From an uncultured Planctomycetaceae bacterium (GTDB lineage: Bacteria > Planctomycetota > Planctomycetia > Isosphaerales > Isosphaeraceae), in NCBI GenBank assembly GCA_963833985.1, contig CAWIAD010000002.1, positions 2,272,001-2,336,000 of the forward strand: a stretch of DNA of 64,000 bases, given 5' to 3'. The notes under the pieces are model-generated. The model saw only the letters and a list, made by a program, of their open reading frames with translations, was not told the DNA's origin and did not search any database. This document shows positions 1-12,400 of the stretch, piece after piece. The position numbers were made by a program, and so were the translations under genes. How positions within the stretch are numbered: the stretch's first letter is position 1; each line of letters starts with the position of its first letter.

Positions 1-90
1 CTTCTGGAGACGGACGTGACCGAGGATCTTCTGCACTTCTGGCAGCTTCATCCCTTTGTGCAAGGCAGTCGCGGCGAATTTGTAGGGGAT
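1..90 (-). pseudogene. C-terminal fragment of a tyrosine recombinase/integrase (runs off the window edge)
   Basis: Manual translation of the minus strand gives IPYKFAATALHKGMKLPEVQKILGHVRLQK, which resembles the box-II motif (RHxFAT..L..G..L..VQ..LGH). The HxLRH part and the N-terminus are missing. Confidence 0.45.
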
Positions 91-177
91 CCGAGACCTG
101 GCGCTTAACTCTCACGCCCCGGGTTGCCCGTGCGTCGCTGTGTAGCAGGCGTCAAATCCTGCGTGCGGACGACCGGC

Positions 178-543
178 TTAGCGTTTGACCTGGATGGGAA
201 TCTGGTTGATCTTTGCGGCCAGGATGAAGTCATTCTCGCTGAGGCCGCCAATGGCGTGGGTCGTCAGCTCGACGCTCACCTGGCGGTAGCCCTGGAGATG
301 GAGGTCGGGATGATGCCCTTCGTCCTCGGCCAGTGCGGCCAGCTTGTTGAAGAATTCGATTGCGGCCATGAAGTTTCTGGCGGTCCAGTCCCGGCGGATG
401 GACTGCCCGTCCCGGGCAAGCGACCATCCATCGACCTGCCGCAACTGTTCCTCGGCCTGCTCGCGCGACAGCGGCTCGACGCCGCCCTCGCAGGGAGCAC
501 ACTTCTTCTGCACCAGTTGTTCGTGTGAAAGCGCGCTCATCAC
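178..543 (-). CDS. phhB: Pterin-4-alpha-carbinolamine dehydratase
   Basis: AEDEGHHPDL and THAIGGLSENDFILAAKI motifs. Confidence 0.9.
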   Translation of the reverse strand: MMSALSHEQLVQKKCAPCEGGVEPLSREQAEEQLRQVDGWSLARDGQSIRRDWTARNFMAAIEFFNKLAALAEDEGHHPDLHLQGYRQVSVELTTHAIGGLSENDFILAAKINQIPIQVKR

Positions 544-591
544 GGAGACTCCCTGGGGCGCGTGACGTGAAACATGAAAACGGATGTGTCT

Positions 592-1392
592 CTACCGGAA
601 GCTTTCGCTGGAGCCGGGGAATTCACCGCTCTTGACGTCCCGCACGTAGCCGGCGGCCGCCGTGCGGATCGCTTCTCCAAGGTCGGCGTAGAGCCGGGCG
701 AACCTGGGACGCGGGCCCTCCATCAGGCCCAGCATGTCGTGCACGACCAGCACCTGGCCGTCGCAGCCGTTCCCCGCGCCGATGCCGATCGTCGGAATGG
801 TGATCTCGGCCGTGATCTGCGCGGCGATCTCGGCCGGAACACATTCCAGCACCACGGCGAAGGCGCCGGCCGCGGCCACCGCCTGGGCGTCGGCCCGCAG
901 GAGGTCCGCGGCGCGCTGGACCTTGTAGCTGCCGAGGCGGCGAATCGATTGCGGGGTCAGGCCGATGTGGGCCATCACGGGGATCTCGGCCTCCACCACC
1001 GCCTTGAGCGTTGCGGCCATCCGTTCTCCCCCCTCCAGCTTCACCGCCTGGCAATTGGTTTGCTTGAGGATCTTGCCGCTGGACCGGATGGCCTGGCGCG
1101 GGGACAGGTGATACGACAGGAACGGCAGATCGGCCACGACCAGTGCCCGCCGCGCCGCTCGGGCCACCATCTCCGCATGGTAGAGCATCTGTGGCAGGGT
1201 GACGCGGAGCGTGGTGTCATGGCCCTGCACGGTCGTCCCCATCGAGTCGCCGACCAGCAGGCAGTCGACGCCCGCGGCGTCCAGCAGGCGAGCCATCGGG
1301 TAATCGTAGGCCGTCAGCACCGTGATCTTGCGGCCCTGATTCTTCCAGGCCGCAAAATCAGGGACGACGACGGGGCGATCGTCAGTGGCCAT
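592..1392 (-). CDS. panB: 3-methyl-2-oxobutanoate hydroxymethyltransferase
   Basis: LTAYD, LLVGDS, KLEGG, HIGLTPQ and GIGAG..CDGQVLV motifs. Start placed at ATG 1392. Confidence 0.95.
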   Translation of the reverse strand: MATDDRPVVVPDFAAWKNQGRKITVLTAYDYPMARLLDAAGVDCLLVGDSMGTTVQGHDTTLRVTLPQMLYHAEMVARAARRALVVADLPFLSYHLSPRQAIRSSGKILKQTNCQAVKLEGGERMAATLKAVVEAEIPVMAHIGLTPQSIRRLGSYKVQRAADLLRADAQAVAAAGAFAVVLECVPAEIAAQITAEITIPTIGIGAGNGCDGQVLVVHDMLGLMEGPRPRFARLYADLGEAIRTAAAGYVRDVKSGEFPGSSESFR

Positions 1393-2928
1393 TCCTGGCA
1401 GTCTCGCGAGGTTCAAGTTCGGCGATGAGGACGGATGGGGAATCCATCCTGACCTTGTAACGCTTGCGGATCATTTCGTGCAAGGCGATTCGCCGTTCGT
1501 CCTCCGCCTGCGGAGGCACGTCGGCGAAGAACCGCGCCCCATGAGCCCGATAGAACTCGATGAGATCGATCGGCTCGGCAACGGCCTGCGGACTTGTTCC
1601 AGGCCACTCCTCCGCGGCCCTCCGGGCGGCCGCGGGCGTGAATTCCAGCCGGCACCCGCGGCGATCGGCCTGGAAGAGCAAGGCCTCTGGGGCCGCCAGC
1701 AAGGCAGAGTCGGGAACCACTTCCCGCACGCTCCGCGCCGCGGTTTCGATCTGCGTCCATTCCGGCGGGGTTTGCCAGGTGGAACGTGACAGGTACGCGC
1801 TGGAAAGCAAGAAGAGCAGGGCGACGAGCCAGCCCGCCAGGGGTCTGCGCGACAGGCTCACCGCGCCGCGGCCGATGCCAGCCGCGATCGCCGGGGCGAG
1901 AATCAGCCAGTAGTATTCGTGATGGAGCTTGCCCGCCAGCAACCCCAGTGCAACGCCCGAGGCGATTGCCCAAACTTTCCAGAGATCAGGCGGCCTGTGC
2001 CCGGGACGGGCGGCCATCACTTCCCGGGGCTCTGCCGGCGGCCGCCAGAGGCCCCAGAGACCGAGGACCAGCCCGACCGGCGTGAAGGCGCGGATGACCA
2101 GGAATCGCCAGACGTACGCCCACGTTGCCGCGCGGCCCAGGGCGCCAGTCCCGTGACGTTCATCCAGATGGCCCGATTTTCGACCGAGGCGCGCGATCCG
2201 GCTGAGGTTGACATGAGATGGTTCGCCCAGGCGTACCAGAGCAGGACCGGCACCAGCGTGGACAGGGCAAACAGGATGGGGCCAGCCCGCCGCGGTCGAA
2301 TGACGACCGCCATGAGCGGTGCCAGCACCAGGGCCGCGGTGATCTTGGCAGCAATCCCGAGGGCCAGCAGCAGCCCTCCAGCGACCAGCCACAGGGTCGT
2401 CCCTCCGTCGCGGCTTCGGTCCCAGCACGCCAGTCCCGCGAGCGTGGCGCCCAGCATGAGCGCGTCGGGCTGAAAGGAACGGCCGTATCGGAGCGTCACC
2501 GGCAAGAGAGAGAACGCCACCATGGCCGCAATCGCTACCCGTTCGCCATCGCGGCGTCGGATCAGTTCGTAGAGCCCCCATGCGGCCAGCGCCGTGGCCA
2601 GTGCCGAGGTGATCCGTCCGCTGGCTGGCAGGTCGAGCGCCGTCAGCTTGCGGATCGCCACGACCAAGGCCTCGTAAACCGGCGGCTCGACCACGAAAAG
2701 ATTCGGAAAGGGAGCCGTGTCGAGCTGCGGATGGAGGAACCCCGAGCCGCGTTCGAGGTTGCGGGCGACCATGGCCGTGGGCACCTGGCGGCCGACGTAG
2801 TTCTCGGCGATCGGTTGGTGGACGCCGATCAGCCGGACGGCGAATGTTGCCAGGCATGCAAGCACCGGCGCCCACCGCCGGCTCCGGCCGGAACTTCGCG
2901 GGGCGTACTCGGCCTCAGGGCTGGACAA
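1382..2928 (-). CDS. GT39/ArnT-like membrane glycosyltransferase (one frameshift near 2145)
   Basis: N-terminal GRQxxTAMVARN..EPPVY segment and multiple hydrophobic helices. Split between ORFs 2017..2928 and the 3' half of 1382..2875. Confidence 0.7.
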
Positions 2929-3103
2929 GGGGGAACATCCTGGATTCTCTGGATTTTTCAGATCCTGCCAAAAAGAAATTGAAACGGTGGACGGAAGATG
3001 GCAGGATACGGTCGCCGTTCACATCCAACTTCTCAGTTCCAAGCGGCGTGCGAGCGATTCTCGGCTCCCAGCGCGCTTGTCTCTGCCTCGGGGAGGACGC
3101 ACC

Positions 3104-3538
3104 ATGCTCGTCCGCGATATCCTGGAGTCCAAGGGGAGGCAGATCATCTCGATCGATCCCGAAGCGACGGTTCATGAAGCGATTGCCCGGCTGGTGCAGA
3201 ACAATATCGGATCGCTGCCCGTCGTCGATCACAATGGCCGGATGGTGGGAATCTTCGCCGAGCGCGACGTCCTCCGGATCATTCATAATCGAGGTGAAAA
3301 CTTCGGTCGAATGCGGATCTCGGACGTGATGACTCCGGATCCGATCACCTGCGATGTCGTCGATGACGTCAATGACGTCATGGGCCAGATGAGCGAGCGG
3401 AGGATCGCCAAGGTTCCCGTGGTTCATGACGGTACGCTCGTGGGTATCATCTCCGTGGGCGACGTCATCAAGGTCATGTATGAGAAGGTCGCGACCGAGA
3501 ACCACCACCTCCTCTCGTACATCCAGGGGGCCGTCTAG
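3104..3538 (+). CDS. CBS-domain pair protein
   Basis: MLVRDILESKG start after a GGAGG Shine-Dalgarno. Two CBS motifs (VGIFAERD, VGIISVGD). Confidence 0.9.
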   Translation: MLVRDILESKGRQIISIDPEATVHEAIARLVQNNIGSLPVVDHNGRMVGIFAERDVLRIIHNRGENFGRMRISDVMTPDPITCDVVDDVNDVMGQMSERRIAKVPVVHDGTLVGIISVGDVIKVMYEKVATENHHLLSYIQGAV

Positions 3539-5287
3539 CGCTCGCTTCGCCCGCCGTCTTCCTTGTTCTTTGAAACCCTGGCCTTCGCATCTGTCGTCGG
3601 CTTGCTGGAAGTGCGCGCGGCGCCGTTCCGGCCGGGCGTCTTTCGTCCGGTTCCCCGAGGCTTCAGAGCAGAGAGACGGTTCCGCCGGGCACCGTCCGAC
3701 TGCGATGGGTGGGGGGTCAGGGCCGCGTGGTCCTTTGCCTTCGCATGGTGAGGATCAAACCGCGCGGGGATGGGCCCGTTCCAGCGCCCATACACTGCCG
3801 TCAGGGAGGCAAGCTGGTCCTGCACGCGGGTCGTGAGCTGGCCGGCCCGGTACCGCCAACCCCAGTTGCCCTCGGCCTTGCCGGGGATGTTCATCCGTGC
3901 CAGGGAGTCCAGGCCAAGCAGGTCCTGCATCGGGATGATCGCCACCTCGGCGATCGAGCCGAGCGCGAGGCGAATCATGTCCCAGTGAAAGTTCTTCACC
4001 GACCCGCCCGAGTATCGCAGGGCGTAGGCGCGCTCGGCCTGCACCTGCTCTCTGGACTGGGTCGTCTGCACGTGCTCGCTGGTGATCCAGCCGCGTGACG
4101 TGTCGTTATCGTGCGTGCCGGTGTAGACAATGCAGTGGGGCACGAACAGGTGGGGCAGATGCTTCTCGTCGTCGGGGCTGGAAGTGAACCCGAACTGGAG
4201 CACACGCATTCCGGGCAAGCCGAACTCGTCGCGCAGCGCCTCGACCTCCGGCGTGATCACGCCCAGGTCCTCGGCGATCAGCGGCAGGTCCACGAAGCGC
4301 TGGCGCAGCGCCTGGAAGAAGGCCGACCCGGGGGCCTTGATCCACTGCCCCCTGGCGGCGGTCTTCGCCTTGCCATCCACCGTCCAGTAGGCCTCGAAGC
4401 CGCGGAAGTGATCGATGCGGATGAGATCGACCCAGTGCAGCAAGGCGGTCAGCCGCTCCGTCCACCAGGAGAAGCCCTCGCGCTGGTGAACCTCCCAGTG
4501 GTAGAGCGGGTTGCCCCAGAGCTGTCCGGTGGCGCTGAAGTAATCGGGCGGCACGCCCGACTGGACCGTGGTCCGGCCGCGTGCGTCCAGATAGAACAGC
4601 TCCGGACGGGCCCACACGTCTGCACTGTCGTGGGCGACGAAGATCGGGATGTCGCCGATCAGCTTGATGTCTCTCTCGCCGCACTTCCGGCGCAGCGACT
4701 GCATCTGGAGGCTCGAACACGTACTGAACAAACTTGTGATAGCGGATGCCGGCCTCGAGCTTGTCGCGCCAGCGATCCAGGGCGGCTGGCTTGCGCGCGA
4801 CGAGCTGCGGCTCCCACTGGAACCAGGCCTTACCCCCGGTGGCCTCCTTGATCGCCACGAACAGGGCGTAATCGTCGATCCAGCGCGCGCTGGCTTCCAG
4901 GAACGCCTGATACTCCGGATCGTCCTGGGAGAACGCCTCGAACGCCTGCCGCAGCAACGTCTGCTTGAGGTCGGCCACAGCCGTGAAATCGACCTGCTCC
5001 GCGGGTAAGGACGGCAGTCCCGCAAGTTCCGACGCTTTCAGCCACCCACGTTCGACGAGCGCCTCGGGACTGATCAGCAGCGGGTTGCCCGCGAACGACG
5101 AGTGTGATTGATACGGAGAATTCATGCCGCCGGTCGGCCCGAGTGGCAAGACCTGCCACCAGCGCTGGCCCGTTTCGGCCAGGAAGTCGACAAACCGGTG
5201 CGCGCCCGGACCCAGGTCGCCGATGCCGAAGCGTCCCGGCAGCGACGTGGGATGAAGCAAGATGCCGCTGGATCGTGGAAAGTTCAT
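3535..5287 (-). CDS. malQ: 4-alpha-glucanotransferase (GH77), frameshift near 4710
   Basis: RSSGILLHPTSLPG N-terminus, plus RIDHFRGF, IAEDLG and YTGTHDNDT motifs, across two ORFs. Confidence 0.93.
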
Positions 5288-5388
5288 GAACTCAAACTCC
5301 TTGCCAGGAACGAACCATCGTGCCCGACAGGCATCGATCACTCAAGATCGCATCGCACGGAAAGCGGCGCGCGCTCGCCGCGACGGCT

Positions 5389-6192
5389 TCAGGCACTATT
5401 TTCATGAAGGAACCGCTTGAGCTCGGCGCGGAAGGCGCTCTTGGCCTCCACGTGCGGCAGGTGCCCGACCTCCGGCAGAACCACCATGCGAGCATGGCTC
5501 AGGCCCTCGGCAAGCTGGGCAGCCACGCGCGGGGGGTTCACCAGGTCCAGCGCACCGACGAGCACCAGGCAGGGTACCTCGATCTGGTCGATGCGGCTGC
5601 GCGTGTCGTGGTCGGCCGCGGCGCGGGCCTGCCGGGCGAACGCGTCGGCATCCTGCGGCCAGCGGTTGTGCTCGGCGAAGCGGACCAGGCCCTCGACCTG
5701 GCTGGGGTGCTGGTAGAAGGCCGGAGCCACCAGCCAGGGAAGGGTCGCCCGGGTGAACACCTCGATCGGAACCTGCCGGCGCAGCAGCGTCCATGACTCG
5801 ATCACGGCCTTGCGCCAGGCGTCGCCGCCGGCATGGGTCGATGCCAGGACCAGGCTGCGGACGCGCCGGGGATGCCGCAGCGCCAGCTCCTGGGCCACCA
5901 GGCCGCCAAGCGAGTGCCCGACGATGTTCGCCGCCGGTGCGCCGAGGGCTTCCAGCCAGCCCGCAACGTCGCCGGCCATGTCGGACGTGGTGTAGGGGCC
6001 GCTGAACCGATCGCTCTGGCCGACGTCGCGGGAATCGAACGCCAGCGTGCGATAGCGCGGGCCAAAGTGCTTCTGGGCCAGTCCGAACGCCCGATGGTCG
6101 CCGCCCAGGCCGCTCAGGAACACCAGCGGCTCACCTTCTGGGCTGGTTTCCTCGAAGTAAAACGAGTGCGAGTTCACCACAATTCTGGGCAT
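5389..6192 (-). CDS. Alpha/beta fold hydrolase
   Basis: GHSLGG nucleophile elbow and C-terminal GHLPH. Start placed at MPRIVVN. Confidence 0.85.
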   Translation of the reverse strand: MPRIVVNSHSFYFEETSPEGEPLVFLSGLGGDHRAFGLAQKHFGPRYRTLAFDSRDVGQSDRFSGPYTTSDMAGDVAGWLEALGAPAANIVGHSLGGLVAQELALRHPRRVRSLVLASTHAGGDAWRKAVIESWTLLRRQVPIEVFTRATLPWLVAPAFYQHPSQVEGLVRFAEHNRWPQDADAFARQARAAADHDTRSRIDQIEVPCLVLVGALDLVNPPRVAAQLAEGLSHARMVVLPEVGHLPHVEAKSAFRAELKRFLHENSA

Positions 6193-6350
6193 CGCGAAGA
6201 AATCCACTAAGATGGACATTCGAAGGAAAAGTGGCCGGAACGATGGAGGTCGTGGCTTCCAGAGTATCCTGGATGGCCCTGACGCGCGAACTCGTCCCGG
6301 TGAGCCCGGTCCTGAATCCACCGGGATTCTCAGCGTAGATTGTCTCTCTC

Positions 6351-7415
6351 ATGAATTTAGAACAATGCGATCCGGACGACGGTGTCCGTGCGGGGGTTGA
6401 ACGCCTTCCGCTGGTCGTGTGCACGTCGATCATCAAGGAGTCGTCGTGGCGCTGGTTCGCCCCACGATTCCCGCGTATCCGCTGGGAGTTCTACGGTCCC
6501 CGGCCGCGGAACTGGCTGGAGCGGAAGATTCAGCGTCCGGCGCTGGCACACTGGCGCAGTTGCTGGGAATCCGTCCATGCTGCCGCCCGCGCACCCGCGG
6601 CTCTCCTCGTCTCGCATGACGCACGGATCACGTTTCGCTGTGCCCAGGCAGCGCGGTTGCAGCGCGCTGCGCGTTCCGCACGTCGCCTGGGGCTTCAATT
6701 ACACAACGCTGCCGCGCGGCCCACTCCGCGGGCTGATGGCGCGGTCGTTCACTTCCGTCGATCGCTTCATCACGTATTCGTCCATGGAGCGATCGCTTTA
6801 CTCGGGGTATTTCGACATTGATCCCGCGCGTATCGACGTGGTTCTCTGGGGAGTAGGACCACCCCAGGTCGAACCGGCCGACCAGCCACTGGAAACCGGC
6901 GACTACATCTGTGCCCTGGGCGGCAACGCGCGTGATTACCGCACGCTGTTCGCGGCGATGGCCCGTCTTCCCGAGATCCCGCTCGTCGCCGTGCTGCGGC
7001 CGGAGAATGTCGCGGGTCTGGAAGTTCCAGCCAACGTCCGCCTCCTCCACAACATCCCCGGCGGAGCCGCCAACAACATCCTCAGGTTCTCCCGGTTCAT
7101 GGTGCTGCCGCTGGCGGGCTCCGAGGTTCCTTGCGGTCACGTGACCCTGGTCGCGGCGATGCACCTGGGCAAGACGATGGTCATCACGAACTCCGAGGGC
7201 GTCTCCGATTACGTGCAGGACGGTGTGAACAGCCTGCTGGTCCCTCCCGGCGACGCCGCATCCCTGGCCGAGCGCCTGCGCGAGCTCTGGAACGACCCGG
7301 CGCGCTGCTGCGCATGAGCGAGGCGGGCCGCCAGTTCGCCGCCGTCCACTGCTCGGAGGAGCCGGTTGTGAACCACCTGCGGCAAGTGCTAACTGACCTC
7401 GGATTGCCGGTGTAG
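6351..7415 (+). CDS. Glycosyltransferase family 4 (frameshifts near 6665 and 7310)
   Basis: C-terminal GT-B motifs (GHVTLVAAMHLGK, DYVQDGVNSLLVPPGD). Spread over three consecutive frames. Confidence 0.75.
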
Positions 7416-8344
7416 GGCCTGTCGCGAATCGACCTTCTGTTTCTGGAGAAACCTCTCGATCAGGTCGGACATTGCCTCGCGTTCGTCTTCCAGCAGGTAA
7501 TGGCCCGCCTTGTCGAAGCGGTGGACCTCGGCGTGCGGAAAACGCCTGGTCCACTCGTCCAGGAAGTGATGGTCGAAGACGAAGTCGCGCATGCCCCAGC
7601 CGATGAGCATGGGAATCGATGCAAGCTGGTCGAGCCGGCTCTGCACCCATGAGACCAGCTCATACGACCTGTCGCCGGGCCGGAGCGGAATGTCCTGCAC
7701 AAACCGGAGGATCGCGATCCGGTTTTCCCACGAATCATACGGAGCGATATAAGCCCGTCGCAGGTCGCGCGGCAGCCTCCAGCGCGTACAGCCGATCACG
7801 GCCGTGCCGCGTGCGAAGGCGTTCAGGCCGCGGACCATCCAGGCGCCCAGCGCCGAGTTCCGGCAGATGCCGAGCGCCCAGGGGAGCGACTTGGCGGCGG
7901 GCATGTGGAAGGCTGCCGTGTTCATGACCACCAGCCGGGCGATCCGCTCGGGATGCCGCGCCGCGTAGGTCATGCCGATCATGCCGCCCCAGTCGTGCAG
8001 GACGAGGGTGACCTGGCGGGTCACACCCAGATGGTCGAGCAAGGCCTCCAGGTCATCGGCACGGCTGGCCAGAGTATAGGCATAATGTGCATCATCCGGC
8101 TTGTCGGAGAGTCCGCAGCCAACGTGGTCGGGCACGATGGTGCGGTAAGCCGTGCTGAGCCGCTCGACGAGCCGCCGGTAGTGGAACGACCAGGTGGGGT
8201 TGCCGTGGACCATGATCACAGGCTCGCCCTGGCCCTCGTCGAGGTAGTGGAGCCTGATTCCCGAGCGGTCGAAGTCGCGGCCGGGATGGGCGGCGAGGAA
8301 GGCATCGAGTTCGCGCGAGACCCGCGCCTGAGGGGTTGCGTCAC
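7389..8344 (-). CDS. oleB: OleB-like beta-lactone decarboxylase (haloalkane dehalogenase-like alpha/beta hydrolase); indel near the 5' end
   Basis: HYLDEGQGEPVIMVHGNPTWSF, HDWGG, R.A.LRFVQDIPL and WGMRDFVFD motifs. Directly downstream of oleA. Confidence 0.8.
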
Positions 8345-8345
8345 G

Positions 8346-9397
8346 TCACCAGTCCACGCCCAGCATCAGGCAGTTCAGCCCGCTGCCGATGCCCAGGAAG
8401 GCCACGCGGTGGCCGGGCTGCACCACCTCGCGATCCTCGGCCAGCGCCGCGGTGAGGGGAAGCGACACCGTGCCGATGTTCCCCAGGTAGGGGAAGGTTG
8501 AATAATCCTTGTCGGTCGCGATGCCCAGCGAGCCAAGGATCGTGTCGCGATGCGAGGCACCCACCTGGTGGCAGATCACCCGGTCGATCTGCGGCCTCTG
8601 CCAGCCCAGCGTGCTCAGGAATGCCTGCCAGGTGCGGGTGCCCAGCTCGACGCCATGGGTGAGCACGGCCGCCGAGTCCGTCGAGGTGAATTGCAGGAAC
8701 TGGTGCGGAAGCTCCGCCTCGACGGCCTCGATCCCCCAGCGGCAGAGGCCGTGAAACTGAGGAGCCGACTGCATCGCTCCGCCGGCGAGCCGGTGTCTCG
8801 TCGCGCGGGAGAACGAGCCATCGGAGAGCAGCACGGCCACGGCGCCCGAACCGCCCGTGAGCGTTGCCAGCGACCGTTTGAAGAATTCCATGCTCCGGTC
8901 CTGGCACATCCGCTCGATCATGATGTCGTTGATCTCGCGGGCGGTCTCGCTCGCCACCACCAGCCCCGCGCGGATCTGCCCGAGCTCGATCCGGTTGGCG
9001 ACCTCGACCATGCCGTTGAGCACTCCCAGGCAAGCGTTGCTGATGTCGTAGACGCTGGCCGCGCCCGGATTCCCAGTTCGTGGGCGATCCGGCAGGCTGT
9101 GGCCGGCTCGAAATACTCGCGGCAGACGCCGCCGTAGATCAGCGCGCCGATCTGTTCGGCTCGGATATCGGCGCCTTCGAGTGCGCGGCGGGCCGCCACC
9201 GCGGCCCCCTCGGAAAGCCGGTAGCCCTCTTCCCACCAGCGCCGTTCGACGATTCCGGTGAGGGCCTCGAGCTGTCCCGTGCTCAGGTGCAGCGATTCGT
9301 AGACGGGCTCGAGCCGGGCCTCCAGCTCGGCGGATGAGACCACCACGGGGGCCAGCTCGTAGCCGATCGCTTCCAGGTAAACCTTCGAGTAACGCAT
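8346..9397 (-). CDS. oleA: OleA-like thiolase/KAS III head-to-head condensing enzyme (frameshift near 9065)
   Basis: MRYSKVYLEAIGY..LTGIVERRWW, EPATAC, DISNACLG, ATLTGGSGA, ICHQVG and GIGSGLNC motifs. Confidence 0.85.
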
Positions 9398-9420
9398 CAA
9401 GCCAGTTTCGCCCACCGTGG

Positions 9421-12400
9421 TCAATTCACGCCGGTCGGAGCGTTCTCGTTCGCGTCCATCCGGAGAGTGAAATCCTTCATCTGATAGATGACCTTGCCAT
9501 CCACGAGCAGATGACCATCCGCCTTCAGCCACCGCCGCGCGTCGTCGCGGCCGGTGATCACCGCCCGGGTCTCCACCTGCCGGTTCGCCGCCAGGACCTG
9601 GCCGCGGTAGACCCAGGAGTGCGGGTCTGCCAGCCCCGGCGACTCGAACCGGGCACCCGCCTCTCTACCCCAGAACTCCAAGGCCATGACTTTAAGCAGT
9701 TGCAGCAACGATTCCAACCCCAATGATCCGGGCCAGACCGGATCGCCCAGGAAGTGCGCCTCGAAAAACCATGCGGCCGGATCCACGTCGATGGACCCGT
9801 TGATGACGCCGAGTTTCTGCGGCCCGCCGTCACGGACCAGGGAGTCGATGCGCTGGACCATGCGCCACCGCGGGTCGGGCAGGGGGGATTGATCGGGCAA
9901 CGGGAACGCCAGCGCCGCGGCGCGTTCCGCCTCCGTCAACGCATACGGCGCCGCGTCGCGGATGCCCACCTGTTCGGCCAGCGCCTCGGGATGGAAGAAC
10001 CCAAAATAGGTGGTTCCTTCGAACACGAGTTCCTGGCGGCACGAGACGCGGAACTCGTAATGCTGGAGGATCATGCCGGCTGAACGGGTGATCTGTGTGG
10101 CCTTGACCTCCGTCGTGAGCGTGCCGGATGTGGGACCAAGCAGGGCACGCTGGCAGGCCGTCCCTCCCAGGTTCCGGAACTTGAGGGGACGGTCGCTGGC
10201 CAGCGCCGAGCCCATGTAGGCGGAGACCCACCCGCATGCCTGGAGCGCCGCCTCCAGCAGCACGGCGTAGGGCACGCGGTCTTGCCGGTCGGCCTGGAAG
10301 TACCATGCGTCCGGCGGGATGTCGTATTCCGCCACGGCGGAAGTGCCTGCCGCCATGGTCCATGCGTCCCCCTGCACGCCGACGATCCGGTCCAGGAACG
10401 AGTAGGGGGGCCGGGGCAGCCGGGCAATGAACCGGCCGTCGTCGAAGACGCGATAGCGATCGCCGAAGCCTGCCGACGGCTTGCCCGTGGCAAATGCGAG
10501 GATCTGTTCCTTGCCATAAAGGACCGGCGCTGCGGCCGGCGCCGGCTCGCGACAGGGCTTCCAGAGCTGCTCCAGCTCGCTCCGGCTCGTTCCCGAGAGC
10601 CTTAGGGCCATATCGCTGATCTCGACGATCGGCTTGCCATCGGCGTACATGAGCGCATCGGCAATGGCGAACGGTTCCGGGCCGTAGCCCAGCTCCTTGA
10701 CCGTCACCTCGTAGACCACTTTCCGGGTGGACTCGACGACCTGCCCGCGGCACCGCAAGCGGTTGGCCACGCCCGGCAAGGGCTCGTAAGCGACGCGCCC
10801 GTTCTGGCCGATCCAGCCAAGACGCATCAGCAAGATGCGCAGGGTGTGCAGACAGCACTCGTACATCAAGGTCCCCGGCATCACGCGGTCGTCCACGAAG
10901 TGGCAGACCATGAACCAGTCGCCGGGGTGGATGTCCGCCTCGGCGCGGATCAGACCCAGGCCGAACCGGCCGCCGGTCGGGTTCAGCTCCAGCACGCGGT
11001 GGACCAGCGTCATGCGTCCGCCGGGCAAGGGCAGAGGATCGCGCAGGTTGATCCGGTCGAAGGGTGCTCCGAATGCGCCGGAGAGGTCACCCCGGCGGAG
11101 GGCCTCGATCTGGCCGTCGTCGAGCACCTGTGCTTGTTGCGGAACCAGGTCGGTCCAGTCGGCGGGCTTGACTCCGGCGCGAGGCCGCGCATCGAGCGGC
11201 CGGGGCACCACGCCCTTGCCCGCCGCAAGCTCCGCGGCCGAGAAGAAGCCCGCGCAGCCATCGCGCATCGACAGGAGGGGCTCACCGTCCACAGTGCCGT
11301 CGAACTCGAAGCGGAAGAGGTGCGTCTCGCCCTGGCGGAAAAACCGGGTGATCTTGATGTCGTAACGGATGACCTGGCCAGGCCCCGGCAAGGCGCGGTG
11401 GAACGTGACGGTGGCATCCAGCAGGCGGTACACCGCCAGTCCCTGCGTGACGAGGTCGATGCCGAGGAAGGCCGAGAGGAACAGATCCGCCTGCCCCGAC
11501 TCGATCGCGATGGACGGAGGGATCTTGCCGGCGTCGAGATACCAGTCGCCCGGCAGGATGTCGTGCTCGGTGACAACGCGCCCGTGGGAAAGCGACCGGG
11601 GCTCGCCCTCGATCGCCGTGATCCGGTCCACCAGCATGAGCGGCTCGTCAGGGAGGCGGACGCGCGTGGGATGCCCGTCGATCGGGGCGAAGTCCGGTCC
11701 CAGCACGCGGGCGATCGAGCCGATGGCGAACTCCAGGCACTGGCTGCGGTCCAGCACGCACGCGGTGGCTTCCGCCGCAGCAATCGCTCCCAGCGACGGG
11801 CCATCCCGTTCCCTGGACTGCTGCGTGCCAGCGAGTCTCTCCGCCAGACTGATCTGGTGTGCCAGACCCTCGCTCATGAGGGCGACGAAACGGCTCGAGA
11901 CCTCCAGGTAAGCCCCGTGGGCGCCGGCGGTGGCGGCCTCCATCCTGGCCAGTTGCTCGACAAGAGGCGGCAGCTCATGCGCTGCCGGCTGTGCCTGTGC
12001 CTGTACCTGTACCCGTGCCTGCGCCTGTACCAGCGCCGGCGTCGGCGTCGCTTCCCTTGGCGGCACCGGCCGCGGGCGCGGGGGGGCCGCGGAGCTTTCT
12101 TCCGCGATGCCGAACACGGGGGTCCGCGCCGTCTTGGCTCTGCGGCGGCGTGGCAGCGGAGGGAACTGCGGGGGCCTGGGCCCGGGCGGTACGGTGATCC
12201 GGCGGCCGTTCCGGGAGATCGTCTCCTCGGTTTCGCGGAGCAGGTCGGCCGCGGATGTCGGCGCTCCGTGGAGTGATTGCAGGTTGACGGGAATACGCCA
12301 TGCGATCAGCCGGCCGAGGGTTTCGAGCACGGTCTCCAGGGCGTCGCGGGCGGGGGCACACACGGCGTGCGCCAGGTGCGGCCTGCCGGCGAGGATCCGT

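Noticed and set aside
11988..12030. Hexanucleotide CCTGT(G/A) run
   Set aside because: An imperfect in-frame repeat encoding a Q-A/V linker in PfaBC, with no sign of phase variation.
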